From Octopus sinensis (taxonomy: Eukaryota), in contig NC_043015.1 of NCBI RefSeq assembly GCF_006345805.1, positions 23,994,001-24,058,000 of the forward strand: a stretch of DNA of 64,000 nt, given 5' to 3'. Of the stretch, positions 53,241 through 64,000 are shown piece after piece. Each line of letters starts with the position of its first letter. Position 1 is the first letter of the stretch. Below the pieces are notes generated by a model. The model ran no database searches and was not told the DNA's origin. It saw nothing but the letters and a program-made list of their open reading frames with translations. The position numbers and the translations under genes were made by a program.

Positions 53241-53857
53241 GCTTGGCCAATTTTGACTCTCTTACGACAACCCATAGTTTCTACCTCTAAGGAACTATTT
53301 TTGTAATGCGCATGGGAAAATTTTGGAGGGAAACTTTACGAATTCAACTGTCTATTTAGGTTTAGCCTATGCTCGCTTTCTTCCACTCTTTTGATGTCAC
53401 CTGATCAGAAGGTCGAGGTACGTAGCATTTGATAAATCTATTTTAATGGAGAGTTGCGCTGATGAAAGTTATGATATATATATTCATTATATTTATAATC
53501 TAGAAACATGTTCGCAAATGACCGTTAGTCTTTGTTTTCGTTATTTATTCCTTCTTTTTGCATATGTGAATTACAGGGATATGCCTATGTGGAGTCCCTT
53601 TTGTAGAAAATAGAAATAAACTGTCTATGACTGCTATTTCTAATTTTTTCGGTATGCGGCCAAGCAACCTGTTGCCTGCCCATTTTATTTATAAACAATA
53701 TATAGAAACTGAACTTTACAGAAGTTCCTGGTTATATTTACATGCCTGAAAACTACCAGTAAATAATTGTTGGTTTTTTTTAAAACCATTAAAAAATTAT
53801 TTACTCTAATTTATATATATATAATATATTATATATATAATATATGTATATACAGTT

Positions 53858-53891
<34 letters not shown>

Positions 53892-54371
53892 ATATATATA
53901 TATATAATATGTATGTATATATATATATGTGTATATATATGTGTGTATATATATGTGTATATTATATATGTTATATATATATATGTGTGTATATACATGT
54001 ATATATATGCATGTATATATGTATTATATATATATATATAGTATATGTAATATATATATATATATATGTGTATATATATATGTGTGTATATATATGTGTA
54101 TATATATATGTGTATATATATATGTGTATATACATGTATATATATATGCATGTATATATATATGTAATATATATATATGTATATAAATATGTGTATATAT
54201 ATATGTGTATATATATGTGTATATATATGTGTGTATATATATGCATATATATATATATATGTGTTTGTATAAATATATATATATATATGTATGTATATGT
54301 ATGCATATATATATATGTATTTATATATATATGTTTATATATATGTATAAATATATATATGTATATATATA

Positions 54372-54746
54372 CTAGCAGTATCGCCCGGCGTTGCTCAGGT
54401 TTGTAAGGGAAATAACTATAAAGCATTTTTAGAGAGTTTATAGCCAAAAAATAGCAAAAAAATAGAAAAAAAATTATGGTAAATTTTTTTTGAGAGTAAA
54501 AAAAGGTTGAGTTGCGTCCCCTAGACAGTCTGTGGTTTAATTTTTTTGATTTCGACCCATGTCGAATTTATCGATTTTTTCAGAACTGGGGGAACTTTTA
54601 AAATTTTCGCGCGTTAGTTTTGAATTATGACTTGGGCTATGTGTGTCAAGTTCATCAGAATCGGTTGAAAGCCGTGGTCAGAGTGAGGGTACAAGCAAAC
54701 AGACACACAGAAACACGCACAGACAAACTTCCTTTATATAGAGAGA
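54372..54746 (-). mobile_element. Short non-autonomous Helitron-like element, same family as 5243-6403
   Basis: 5' TCTCTCTATATAAA, shared CCCTCAC.CTGACCACGGCTTTCAACCGATTCTGATGAA block, 3' GCAACGCCGGG...CTAG|T. Confidence 0.8.
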
Positions 54747-54839
54747 GTGTGTATATATATATGTATGTATATATATATATATATGTATATCTATATATAT
54801 ATATATATGTATGTATATATATATATGTATATCTATATG

Positions 54840-54870
<31 letters not shown>

Positions 54871-54980
54871 ATGCATGTATAAATATATGGTTAAATATAT
54901 GTATGTATGTATATATATATATGGTTAAATATATGTATGTATGTATATATATATGTATATATATATGTATATGTATTTAT

Positions 54981-55460
54981 ATCAGCTACTGGGAAAGACT
55001 GAAGGTATTAAACTTCTTCTCCCTAGAGCGGAGGCGGGAGAGATATGCGGTGATATACATCTGGAAAATCCTGGAGGTTACTCCAACCGCAGAACGTGGC
55101 GCCACTGCATGGTGCCAAGGATTCTAACATCACCATCAAAATACAGGTCCAGATACTGCAACAGCTTGGGTTTCAGAGGACCACAGCTCTTTAACATCCT
55201 CCCTAAATGCCTGAGAGACTTACATGGTGTGGATGTGGGTTTCTTTAAAACTAAACTGGATCTCTTCTTGTTGGGAGTCCCAGATGAGCCTACTCTCGAC
55301 AGGAGACGCGGATGCGGGCAGCTGCATCGAACTCCCTTGTTGATCAAGTGCCACGTATCAGGGGTGGATTCACAAATTAGTGTAGCTCATTCAGCGGTGG
55401 TGCCCCAGCATGGCCGCGGCCTTCGGGCTACAACATTTTAAATGATTTTTAATGATTTTA
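54981..55460 (+). pseudogene. CR1-type LINE 3' fragment (different subfamily from the 49-51 kb copy)
   Basis: [31 protein letters not shown] and, in another frame, SLGFRGPQLFNILP...FKTKLDLFL.GVPDEP. Confidence 0.85.
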
Positions 55461-55748
55461 ATATGTGTGTATATACATATGTATATATATATGTATATAT
55501 ATATATATATATATATGTATTAATATATATATATGTATATTTATATAATGTTTATATCTATGTATATGTATATATGTATGTATATGTATGTATATGTGTA
55601 TATATATATGTGTGTATATGTATGTGTATGTATATATATATATAATAAATGTGTATATGTATATGTATATATATATATATGTATATATATGTATATATGT
55701 ATGCATGTATATATATATATTTGTGTGTATATTGTTGTTTTGTTTTTT

Positions 55749-55796
<48 letters not shown>

Positions 55797-55820
55797 TGTA
55801 TATATATATGTGTGTGTGTG

Positions 55821-55860
<40 letters not shown>

Positions 55861-56369
55861 CGCCGGCCGCTTTAATTTGAACCACATCGCACAGTTCTAC
55901 TTATTACCATTCAGATTCAGACCTGTTCTTGACTTTACGGCACACTGAGTTTACCTAGTTTTTGTTTAACGTTCCTCAATGTTAATATTTTGCGAAATGA
56001 AATGCAGATACCTCAAAATTAAAATTTGTAAAAGACGCGCCTACACTTTCTTTAATTTTTAAATTTCATCTTTAATCACTCAAAAATCAATATGCCAAGT
56101 TACTGTGGAATGAAAATACTACAATTTAATTTCTTTGATTTCTCTTTTCTTACCTCACAGTCAATTGTTATTATGGCTGGAGTCGAAACATCAAGGACAT
56201 ATAACACATTAAAGGATGATAATGCATTAAATATTAGATATTTTAAAAGAACACAGGCTTTGGGATTTTTTTTCTTATTCAACTCCGTATTTTTCCATTT
56301 ACTAATTAGGAAATGTTGCTTTTATTGGGTTTCCACAAAGAAGCCAATATTTTGTTATCGTTTTAGAAT

Positions 56370-56480
56370 ATTTTTTTCTACTCTAGGCACAAGGCCTGAA
56401 ATTTTGAGGGAGGGGGGCAGTCGATTAGATCGACCCCAGTACGCAACTGATAGTTAATTTTTCGACCCCTAAAGAATGAA
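56370..56480 (-). mobile_element. SINE family A 3' fragment
   Basis: TTTCTACTCTAGGCACAAGGCCTGAAATTTTG...GATCGACCCCAGT. Confidence 0.75.
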
Positions 56481-58248
56481 ACGTGTCTACAAATGAGAAC
56501 CAAACGCTCGAGTCGACTCCAAAGCATGCCACGTAATAGTTTCAAAACTGGCCAGTTTTATATATATATATAACGCCATTGGTTGGTTTCAAACAAATAG
56601 TTGTAACAGGAGATACTAACAATTTTCTCTTTAAATATTCATTTCTTGGGTTATCCGTTCAGTATAAATGACCTGCAGCCAAATTTGCACACCATAATAT
56701 TGCTCATTCTCAGCAAATAACTGAAAAAATAAAAGGGTGAAAATATGTAAAAATAGAGAATAAATAAAAGTATTCAACAGATATTCGGTGGTGTCAAGAG
56801 ATCGATAAATATTGGGTGAGTTCTTGGTCTGCTACCAACAACACCAATTTGCTGCAATGCCGAAAGAACTATTGAACACTTTAGTTGCTACATAATTAAC
56901 TACGAATAAAACCAACATAATGGATATTAATAGCGGACAGACTTTCGGGTAATACTCCGGGTATATTATTTAGCGAACAAATGAAAGTTTCTGTGTTATT
57001 TCATGACCTAAAACCAAAAATAGAGCTTTACTAGCATATTAAAAACTTCTGGTGCATGCCGGTTACTTTCAGATTTACAAGTAACACTGAAAAATATATA
57101 ACATCCAGGTAACCGCAGACCTTTTTGAAGTTGTCTTCTGCCCTGATAACATCTTATCAATTCTCTTTACATGATGTAGAACCATACGAAGGTACCTGTG
57201 TAACATCCATTTGCGCCATGCCATAATGAAATACATTCAATATTCAAATGCAATTAGAATGCCTATATTTCTACAGACTGACGCAAAATAGCAGAATCGT
57301 TTTTAAATATTCATATTTAGTAGGCCTTACGATTAATCTCAGGGCATAGCATCTGAGACAAATGTTTTTTAATATAGCCTGAGTTTGGCCCAAAGCTTTT
57401 TAGTGAAGATAAATACAAGGACACAGTGTCGAAGAACGTAAGATACATTACATTATTATCTTGCTAAAAAAGTCCTGCATTAGCTCACAGTGTCACACCG
57501 ACTTTCCTTTTACATTAAGTTAACGGTATAAATTTTTAGAAAAGACTTTTGCCTAATGAATTGCAAGAATTCCAAGGTTAATAACATTTAGACCAGTTAC
57601 AGGATTTTCCTGTATGACTAGTGTCTTACATCCTGTTTAAGACGGGAGCATTACATGTAGAGGGTGTGTTGCATGAATGCGGACAATTAGCTGGCTGCAA
57701 GACGTAATTAAACTATACACTACGCAGTATTGATTCAAACACTGTCATTTCTACTACGACCTTGAAGAAAACAAAAACACCTATAAAAATAAGAATTCCG
57801 AGTCGATAACAATGTTGGTAATTCTGAAAATAAGGAAGAATAGTCGAACAATTACATTATATTTATTTATTAATGTTTACTTCCAGGTAGCAATTTCATT
57901 TTTTTTCTCTCTCTCTCCTTCTCTTTTTTATTTTCTCAGTCAGAATTAAATTTCCAAATACAAAATCGATTCTATGTCACCGAGATTTTAGAAGCTGAGT
58001 TTTGTTATGCAATTTCAACAAAACTATAGAAATTTTGAGACCTGTGAAAGACAAAAGAATGTCAAATGAATGAGTGGGTGTATTTATTGTTATTTTTACA
58101 TTTTTTCATTATTTATTTGTCTTTTGTTATTACTATATAATGTGCTGTGTTGTTTTGAAGCAACGTAGGGTAAAAAATATTAATAAATATCTATGTTGAG
58201 GGCAGTAAACAATACGTCGGATCCTAATTTCGATACGTGTGGAAGATA

Positions 58249-58388
58249 TTAGGTTGTCCCAAAAGTTCGTAAACACTAGCGAAAATTGAATTTTTACTCG
58301 CCAAGTACTAAAAAAACAACAAAAATTATTCCTCAAAATAAAGACCATTATTTTCCAAGACTTTCTACGAACTTTTGGGACAACCTTA
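58249..58388. mobile_element. 140-bp mariner-derived MITE with TA target duplication
   Basis: 21-bp perfect TIR AGGTTGTCCCAAAAGTTCGTA (58251-58271 / 58366-58386); TA at 58247-58248 and 58389-58390; TTAGGTTG is a mariner-type end. Confidence 0.88.
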
Positions 58389-58524
58389 TAGTAACGTTTA
58401 TCACAATTGTAGTGAAGATATACAAACGTAATGCCAGACTTTAACTCAATCAGTAATCTAGTTAGTGATAAGAATAATTAACATTATTAACAATAAGGAT
58501 GATAATAATTATATAACAAAATCG

Positions 58525-58920
58525 ATGTATCGATACCAACAGATGACAACGTTTGTCTAAAAGAAACGGAGAAACTTTCAAAATACAAGAATCTGGAAAT
58601 AGAGGTAAGTCGAATGTGGAACCTAAAACAGAAACAATTCCTATTACAGTAGGCGCATTACGTATGATAAAAAAACATTCAAGCAAATGCATGACAAAAG
58701 CACCAGGACTTACAAGTGTATATAATTTACAGAAAATAGTACGACTAGGCATCGCATACATCCTACGTAAAACGATTTCAATGCAGTAAGAGCATCACAA
58801 CAAGCAAAGAGCATACCCAAGTCACACAGAGCGGCGCTGGGCAGTGCAGTGAAATCACGTGATAAAAGAAAAACTATTGAATAAAACTAATGCTACTATT
58901 AATAATAATGATTATAATAG
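58525..58920 (+). mobile_element. 3' fragment of an R4/Dong-type LINE between TAA-like repeats
   Basis: Homologous to 63610-63971 (DDNV.LKE.EKLSKYK.LEIE...MW.LKTE.IPI..GAL plus 3'UTR GAGCATCACAACAA...). Confidence 0.88.
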
Positions 58921-59099
58921 AGCAGATACTACAATCGTAGAGAAGGAAAAGTGAAGTTCCTTACTTATCGATCCATCATGCCCGTTTGATCCTAGCATCA
59001 TAAAGTAAGAGGAAGAAAAAACACAATCCTTTAAAATTAGAAAGAGAGAGAATTTGGATCGTGCAAACAGTAAACGTTACACCTTTAATAGTGCGTTGG

Positions 59100-59490
59100 C
59101 AACAGAAGGGTTAGTCGATTGCATCGGCCCCAGCGCTAGACTGGTACTTATTTCATCGAACCCTAAAGGATGAAACACAAAGTCTATCTCGGCTGAATTT
59201 GAACTTAGATTCTGCCATCTGTAGCCCGATGTCAGGATTTTTTTTACAGCAGTCTAATCTGCTGAGTGTATATGAAAATAATATTTTCTACTATTGGCAC
59301 AAGGGCTGAACTTTTGGAGGAGGGAATTAGCCGATTACATCGACCCCAGTGTTCTACTGGTACTTAATTTATTAACCTCGAAAGGATGAAAGGCATAGTG
59401 GACCTGCGAGTTATCAGAAATCAGAACGTAGTGACAGCCAAAACGCCGCTAAGCATTTCGCTCAACGTTTTAACGTTTCTGCCAGCTCAC
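59100..59490 (-). mobile_element. Two SINE family A copies (59100-59220 partial; 59280-59490)
   Basis: Reverse complements of core and head, ending GCCAGCTCACCACC. Confidence 0.8.
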
Positions 59491-59502
59491 CACCTTACTA
59501 CT

Positions 59503-59542
<40 letters not shown>

Positions 59543-59660
59543 TCAATAACAATGATGATAATAATAATGGAAAATAAGAAAGTATTATCTATCTGCGGTC
59601 CTTGTGACTTGACAGATGACTAAAGATTCCGGTGCATTTTTGCCTACACTGGTGTTACGA

Positions 59661-59746
<86 letters not shown>

Positions 59747-59773
59747 TAATAATGATAATAATAATAATAATAA
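59661..59773. repeat. (TAA)n microsatellite, 5' flank of the Dong-like element
   Basis: Read directly from the sequence. Confidence 0.95.
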
Positions 59774-62700
59774 GAGATTACACCGGGGACGTTAAACATG
59801 TGAGAGCGATAAAACAGTGCTCCGAAATTTATCCACAAACATCGGAAACAAAGACAACGCCTGGAGCTAAAAAATAACTGACAAAGGATTGGACAATATC
59901 CGAGTAAGTAATACTCATTGAAATTTATTATTCTTTTCAAAACGAAATGAAGTATTTTAACTCGATATCATCTCCACCTGTAACACAACACATGTAAACA
60001 TGCTTGATACATTACGATCCATCAACACCAGATCATCTCCGGCCCCAAACACCATGTACAAAAAAACTACGAATAAATTAAATAATACCGGTATTATTCA
60101 ACCCAAGAATAACAATCGGGAAGTACGTACTGTAAATTTACAACATAAAATGTACGAAAAACTACACGTGCGAAATAATGTGACAACAGAAATGAACGGA
60201 CCGGTACCCTACGAAAATGACGACCGTCAAAATAATGGGTCGGACGTTGTTCCTCATGTCCCGCAAATAAAACCCAAAAGACATAAATGGACACGTGAGG
60301 AATACATTTCTATCCTACACGCTTACTTTACAGCAGTGCTCTACTCAAAGAATGAAAATACAACAACACATACATACAAAATATGGAAGAAAAATAACAT
60401 AAATAAAGACCTGGATACAACAATGAACCCTAATAAACTAGCAAATATACGGAGATATATTCTCAACGCAAAAAAGATATCAGAAATAGAAATAGAACAT
60501 TTAAAAGAAAAAAATACATCAGGAAAATGTAGATAGAAGCCACACAACAATGCCAAATAATATAAACACTGAAACAGTAAAACACGAAGACAAACGTAAC
60601 ATTTCTAACAAAAACGATGTAAACAAAAAACAACAAACCCAGACCGTAAGGATACATAATAATACACGACAAACAGCAAGCCAAAACACGACAAACAAAC
60701 ATACGGAAAAGATAGAAAGCGACACAAATCTAAAACCTGGAAACAACGAAGGGGAGCCTAATGATTATGAAACTATAAAAAGTAGAATATTCAAAGAACT
60801 GAAAACCACAGAGCGCAAAATGGACCATCGACCAAAAATCAAAATAGACAAAACAACAACACCAATTATAAACAACATATAACTAGCCGTCACGGAATTA
60901 ATAGCCACTGAAACAAAAAGCGATATCACTGAGCTAAATTACTTAGTATACGCAAAAGCCACTGCAGCCACAAAAGAAGCTGGATACTCACTCAAACACA
61001 TTCAAACAGGAGTACGACCACCCAAACAAACCCTGTGGATAAATAACATCCCAAACAAAGTACAAAAATGAGAAAAGATCTGTCGATTCTTAATGAAATC
61101 AGTAGACAATCAACGCTACTGAGCAACAAAAAGAAAAGAAAAATACTCCGCAAATACAACACCACAGAAAAAGATTTACCCGAGATAAAAGAAAAGCTGA
61201 AGCAAGATATCCTTGCCAAAGCACAAAGGATCTGCCGGTACGAGAAACGCCAACGTTTCTTTGAACAAAATTAAAAGTTCAACTCCAACACCAAAAAGTT
61301 CTACCAAGAACTTGGCAAAAATAAAATAGAAATCACTGCAGCACCAACGGCAGAAGAAGTGGAAGAATTCTGGAGAGAAATATGGTCGGCGAACGAACAA
61401 CCAAAAAAAAAGGAGTATTAAAACAACAAACTCAGCATCTGAGCAACTTTGGACCCCCATAACAACTGAAGAGGTCACCCAGGCACTGCAAAGACTAAGC
61501 AACTGGAAGGCACCTGGGCATGACAAGATCCCCAACTTCTGGTTGAAATATCTAACAGGAATGCATAAAAAGCTGGCTGAAAATTTTAACAACATACTGG
61601 CAGAGCCAGAGACAACGCCTGAATGGCTCACGAAGGGGAAAACCACCTTAATTCCCAAATCAAATGAGACAGCAAAACCAGAAAAGTACAGACCAATAAC
61701 CTGCCTCCCTACAACGTACAAAGCATTTACTGCAGTAATATCGCAAAGACTGAACAAGCACCTGGACGAAAACAACCTGTTTCCAGAAGAGCAGAAAGGA
61801 TGCCGCAAAGGCTCATATGGCTGTAAAGATCAAGTAATGAACAATAAAGCCCTAACTGAAGACAGCCACAGAAAGAAGAAAGGCCTCAGTATGGCCTGGA
61901 TCGACTACAAAAAGGCGTTTGATAGCATCCCCCACACATGGATTCTCTAAACACTAGCCATGAACAAAGTTGCACCAACAATTACAAAGTACATAGGACA
62001 TTCTATGAATAAATGGCAAACAGTGCTACAGCTCCAAACAAAAGAGGGACTCGTGAAAACCAAAGCCATCCCCATTAGAAGAGAAATATTCCAGGGAGAT
62101 ACGCTCTCTCCGCTCCTTTTAAGCTTGGCACTGTCACCTCTATCGGATATGCTAAACAGAACTGGATGCGGATATAAATGTTACGGCAAAAAGATCAGCC
62201 ACCTTTTATATATGGATGACCTAAAACTATACGCTACAAATGACAACAGCTGGAAACACTACTAAAGACAGTTCATGGATTTACCAAAGAAATAGATATG
62301 AAATTTGGAATAGAGAAATGCGCCAAAGTAACTCTGAAAAGAGGAAAACTAGTTAAGAGTAGCAACATCACACTAGATAAAACCAATGAAATAAAATAAT
62401 TAAACCAAAGCCAAACTTACAAATACTTAGGAATCCATGAACTAGATAAGACACAACACACACAAATGAAATAGTTTAGACGAGTTAGATCAATACTGAA
62501 AAGAGAGCTCAATGATAAAAACAAGATAATAGGTATCAACACTTTAGCCGTCCCAGTTATAAGTTACAGCTACAATATCCTTAACTGGACACTAAATGAA
62601 CTGACCAAAATAGATAGGAAAATAAGAAAAATAATGACAGGATCTAGGTTACATCACCCAAAATCTGACATAGAAAGGCTATATATACAATGTATAGATG

Positions 62701-63968
62701 GTGGTAGAGGCCTTATACAGCTGGAAAACTACTATAAAATAACCACCATAGGACTGCAAAAATATCTACTTCAGAAGGAAAAAAACTGATACAAATAGCG
62801 GCAAAACACGAGCAAAACAAGGAACTGTTCTCAGTATTTAAGGAAGCTGACAAATACAAACAAGAAAGCATACCACCTAACAAATATGAAGAGAAGAAGA
62901 AGAAGAAGAAGAAGAAGAAGAAGAAGAAGAAGAAGAAGAAGAAGAAGAAGAAGAAGAGAAGAAGAAGAAGAAGAAGAAGAAAAAGAAAAAAGAGAAAAAA
63001 GAAGAAGAAGAAGAAGAAGAAGAAAAGCTATAAAACATGAATGAAATCCAAACTAAAAAAAATAGGAATGACAGCACCAAAACGAAACATGATAAAAACG
63101 ATGAAAGAAAAGCCCCTTCATGGCAAATACTGCACTAAAACTGAATAAAGCAGAAAGAAAAATAGACAAAAAAAAATCCCAACAATGGATGAGAAGCTCA
63201 GGACTGAAAGCAGAGACAGAAGGATTTTTATTTGCAGCGCAAGACCAAAGCCTCAACACCAGAAATTACCAAAAACATGTAATGAAAAGAAATATAACAA
63301 GTAACAGCAGAATATGTGGAGATGGACAAGAAACAATAAATCATATTATCTCTGGCTGCCCAGTCCTGGCTAAGAAGGAATATATTCACAGACACGACAG
63401 AGTTGGGACCTATATACATTGGAAACTATGCCAACATTATGGAATAACAACAGAAAAAAGATGGTATAGGCACACACCAGAAACGGTCACAGAAAACGAG
63501 AAAGCAACCATACTCTGGGATATGCCGATACACACAGATAGAGAAATTAAGGCTAACAGACCAGATATAGTTGTCAGAGATCATGAAGAAAAAAATGTTT
63601 TCTAATTGTTGTATCATTACTAGCGGATGACAACGTATCTCTAAAAGAAATGGAGAAACTTTCAAAATACAAAGACCTGGAAATAGAGATAACCAGAATG
63701 TGGAATCTAAAAACAGAACCAATTCCCATCATAATAGGTGCATTAGGCATGATAAAAAAATATTCAGACAAATATATAACAAAAACACCAGGACTTACAA
63801 ACACATATAACATACAGAAAATTGCACTACTAGGCACTGCACACATCCTACGCAGAACACTTTCCATACAATAACCATCAGAGCATCACAACAAATCACA
63901 GCACATACCCAAGGCACACAGAGCTGCGCTCGGTAGTGAAGTGAAAGCACGATATAAAAAATATACTA

Positions 63969-63971
<3 letters not shown>
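59774..63971 (+). mobile_element. Near full-length R4/Dong-type non-LTR retrotransposon (RT plus restriction-like endonuclease), inactivated
   Basis: N-terminal KRHKWTREEY...LANIRRYIL; RT YRPITCLPTTYK, EEQKGCRKG, WIDYKKAFDSIPH, IFQGDTLSPLL, HLLYMDDLKLY; AAQDQSL, zinc knuckle ETINHIISGCP..RHD, RPDIVV...KE.EKLSKYKDL; many stops and frameshifts; (TAA)n on both sides. Confidence 0.93.
62886..63025 (+). repeat. (GAA)n expansion inside the Dong-like ORF
   Basis: Read directly from the sequence. Confidence 0.95.

Positions 63972-64000
<29 letters not shown>

Noticed and set aside
59774-59999. HDV-like ribozyme in the Dong 5'UTR (also sought at 25598-25720)
   Set aside because: Some short stems are present, but I could not build the nested double pseudoknot by eye; needs a covariance search.

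Overview
This is AT-rich eukaryotic non-coding DNA (intergenic or a large intron) with no recognisable host gene, rRNA, true tRNA gene or CRISPR array. The tRNA-headed SINE families and the extreme (TA)n/(GATA)n/(TATG)n/(TAA)n load point to a coleoid cephalopod, probably Octopus (my inference, not database-checked). Almost everything interpretable is transposon-derived: (1) a 5'-truncated Penelope-like element (GIY-YIG) with an inverted terminal repeat carrying a well-formed type I hammerhead ribozyme (1412-1501); (2) two copies (28.6 kb, 48.1 kb) of a ~200-bp fold-back mini-element built from head-to-head hammerhead motifs; (3) a Tx1/L1-type LINE at a (GATA)n/(GA)n junction with a 15-bp candidate TSD and a Helitron-like element sitting exactly at its 3' junction; (4) a near full-length but decayed R4/Dong-type RLE LINE in a (TAA)n tract, plus other RLE fragments; (5) CR1-type LINE pieces, mariner/maT relics, a mariner MITE and many SINEs; (6) several unexplained near-perfect inverted or tandem duplications. 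Most short ORFs in the track are microsatellite translations. All alignments and foldings were done by eye, so repeat boundaries are approximate unless stated as exact.
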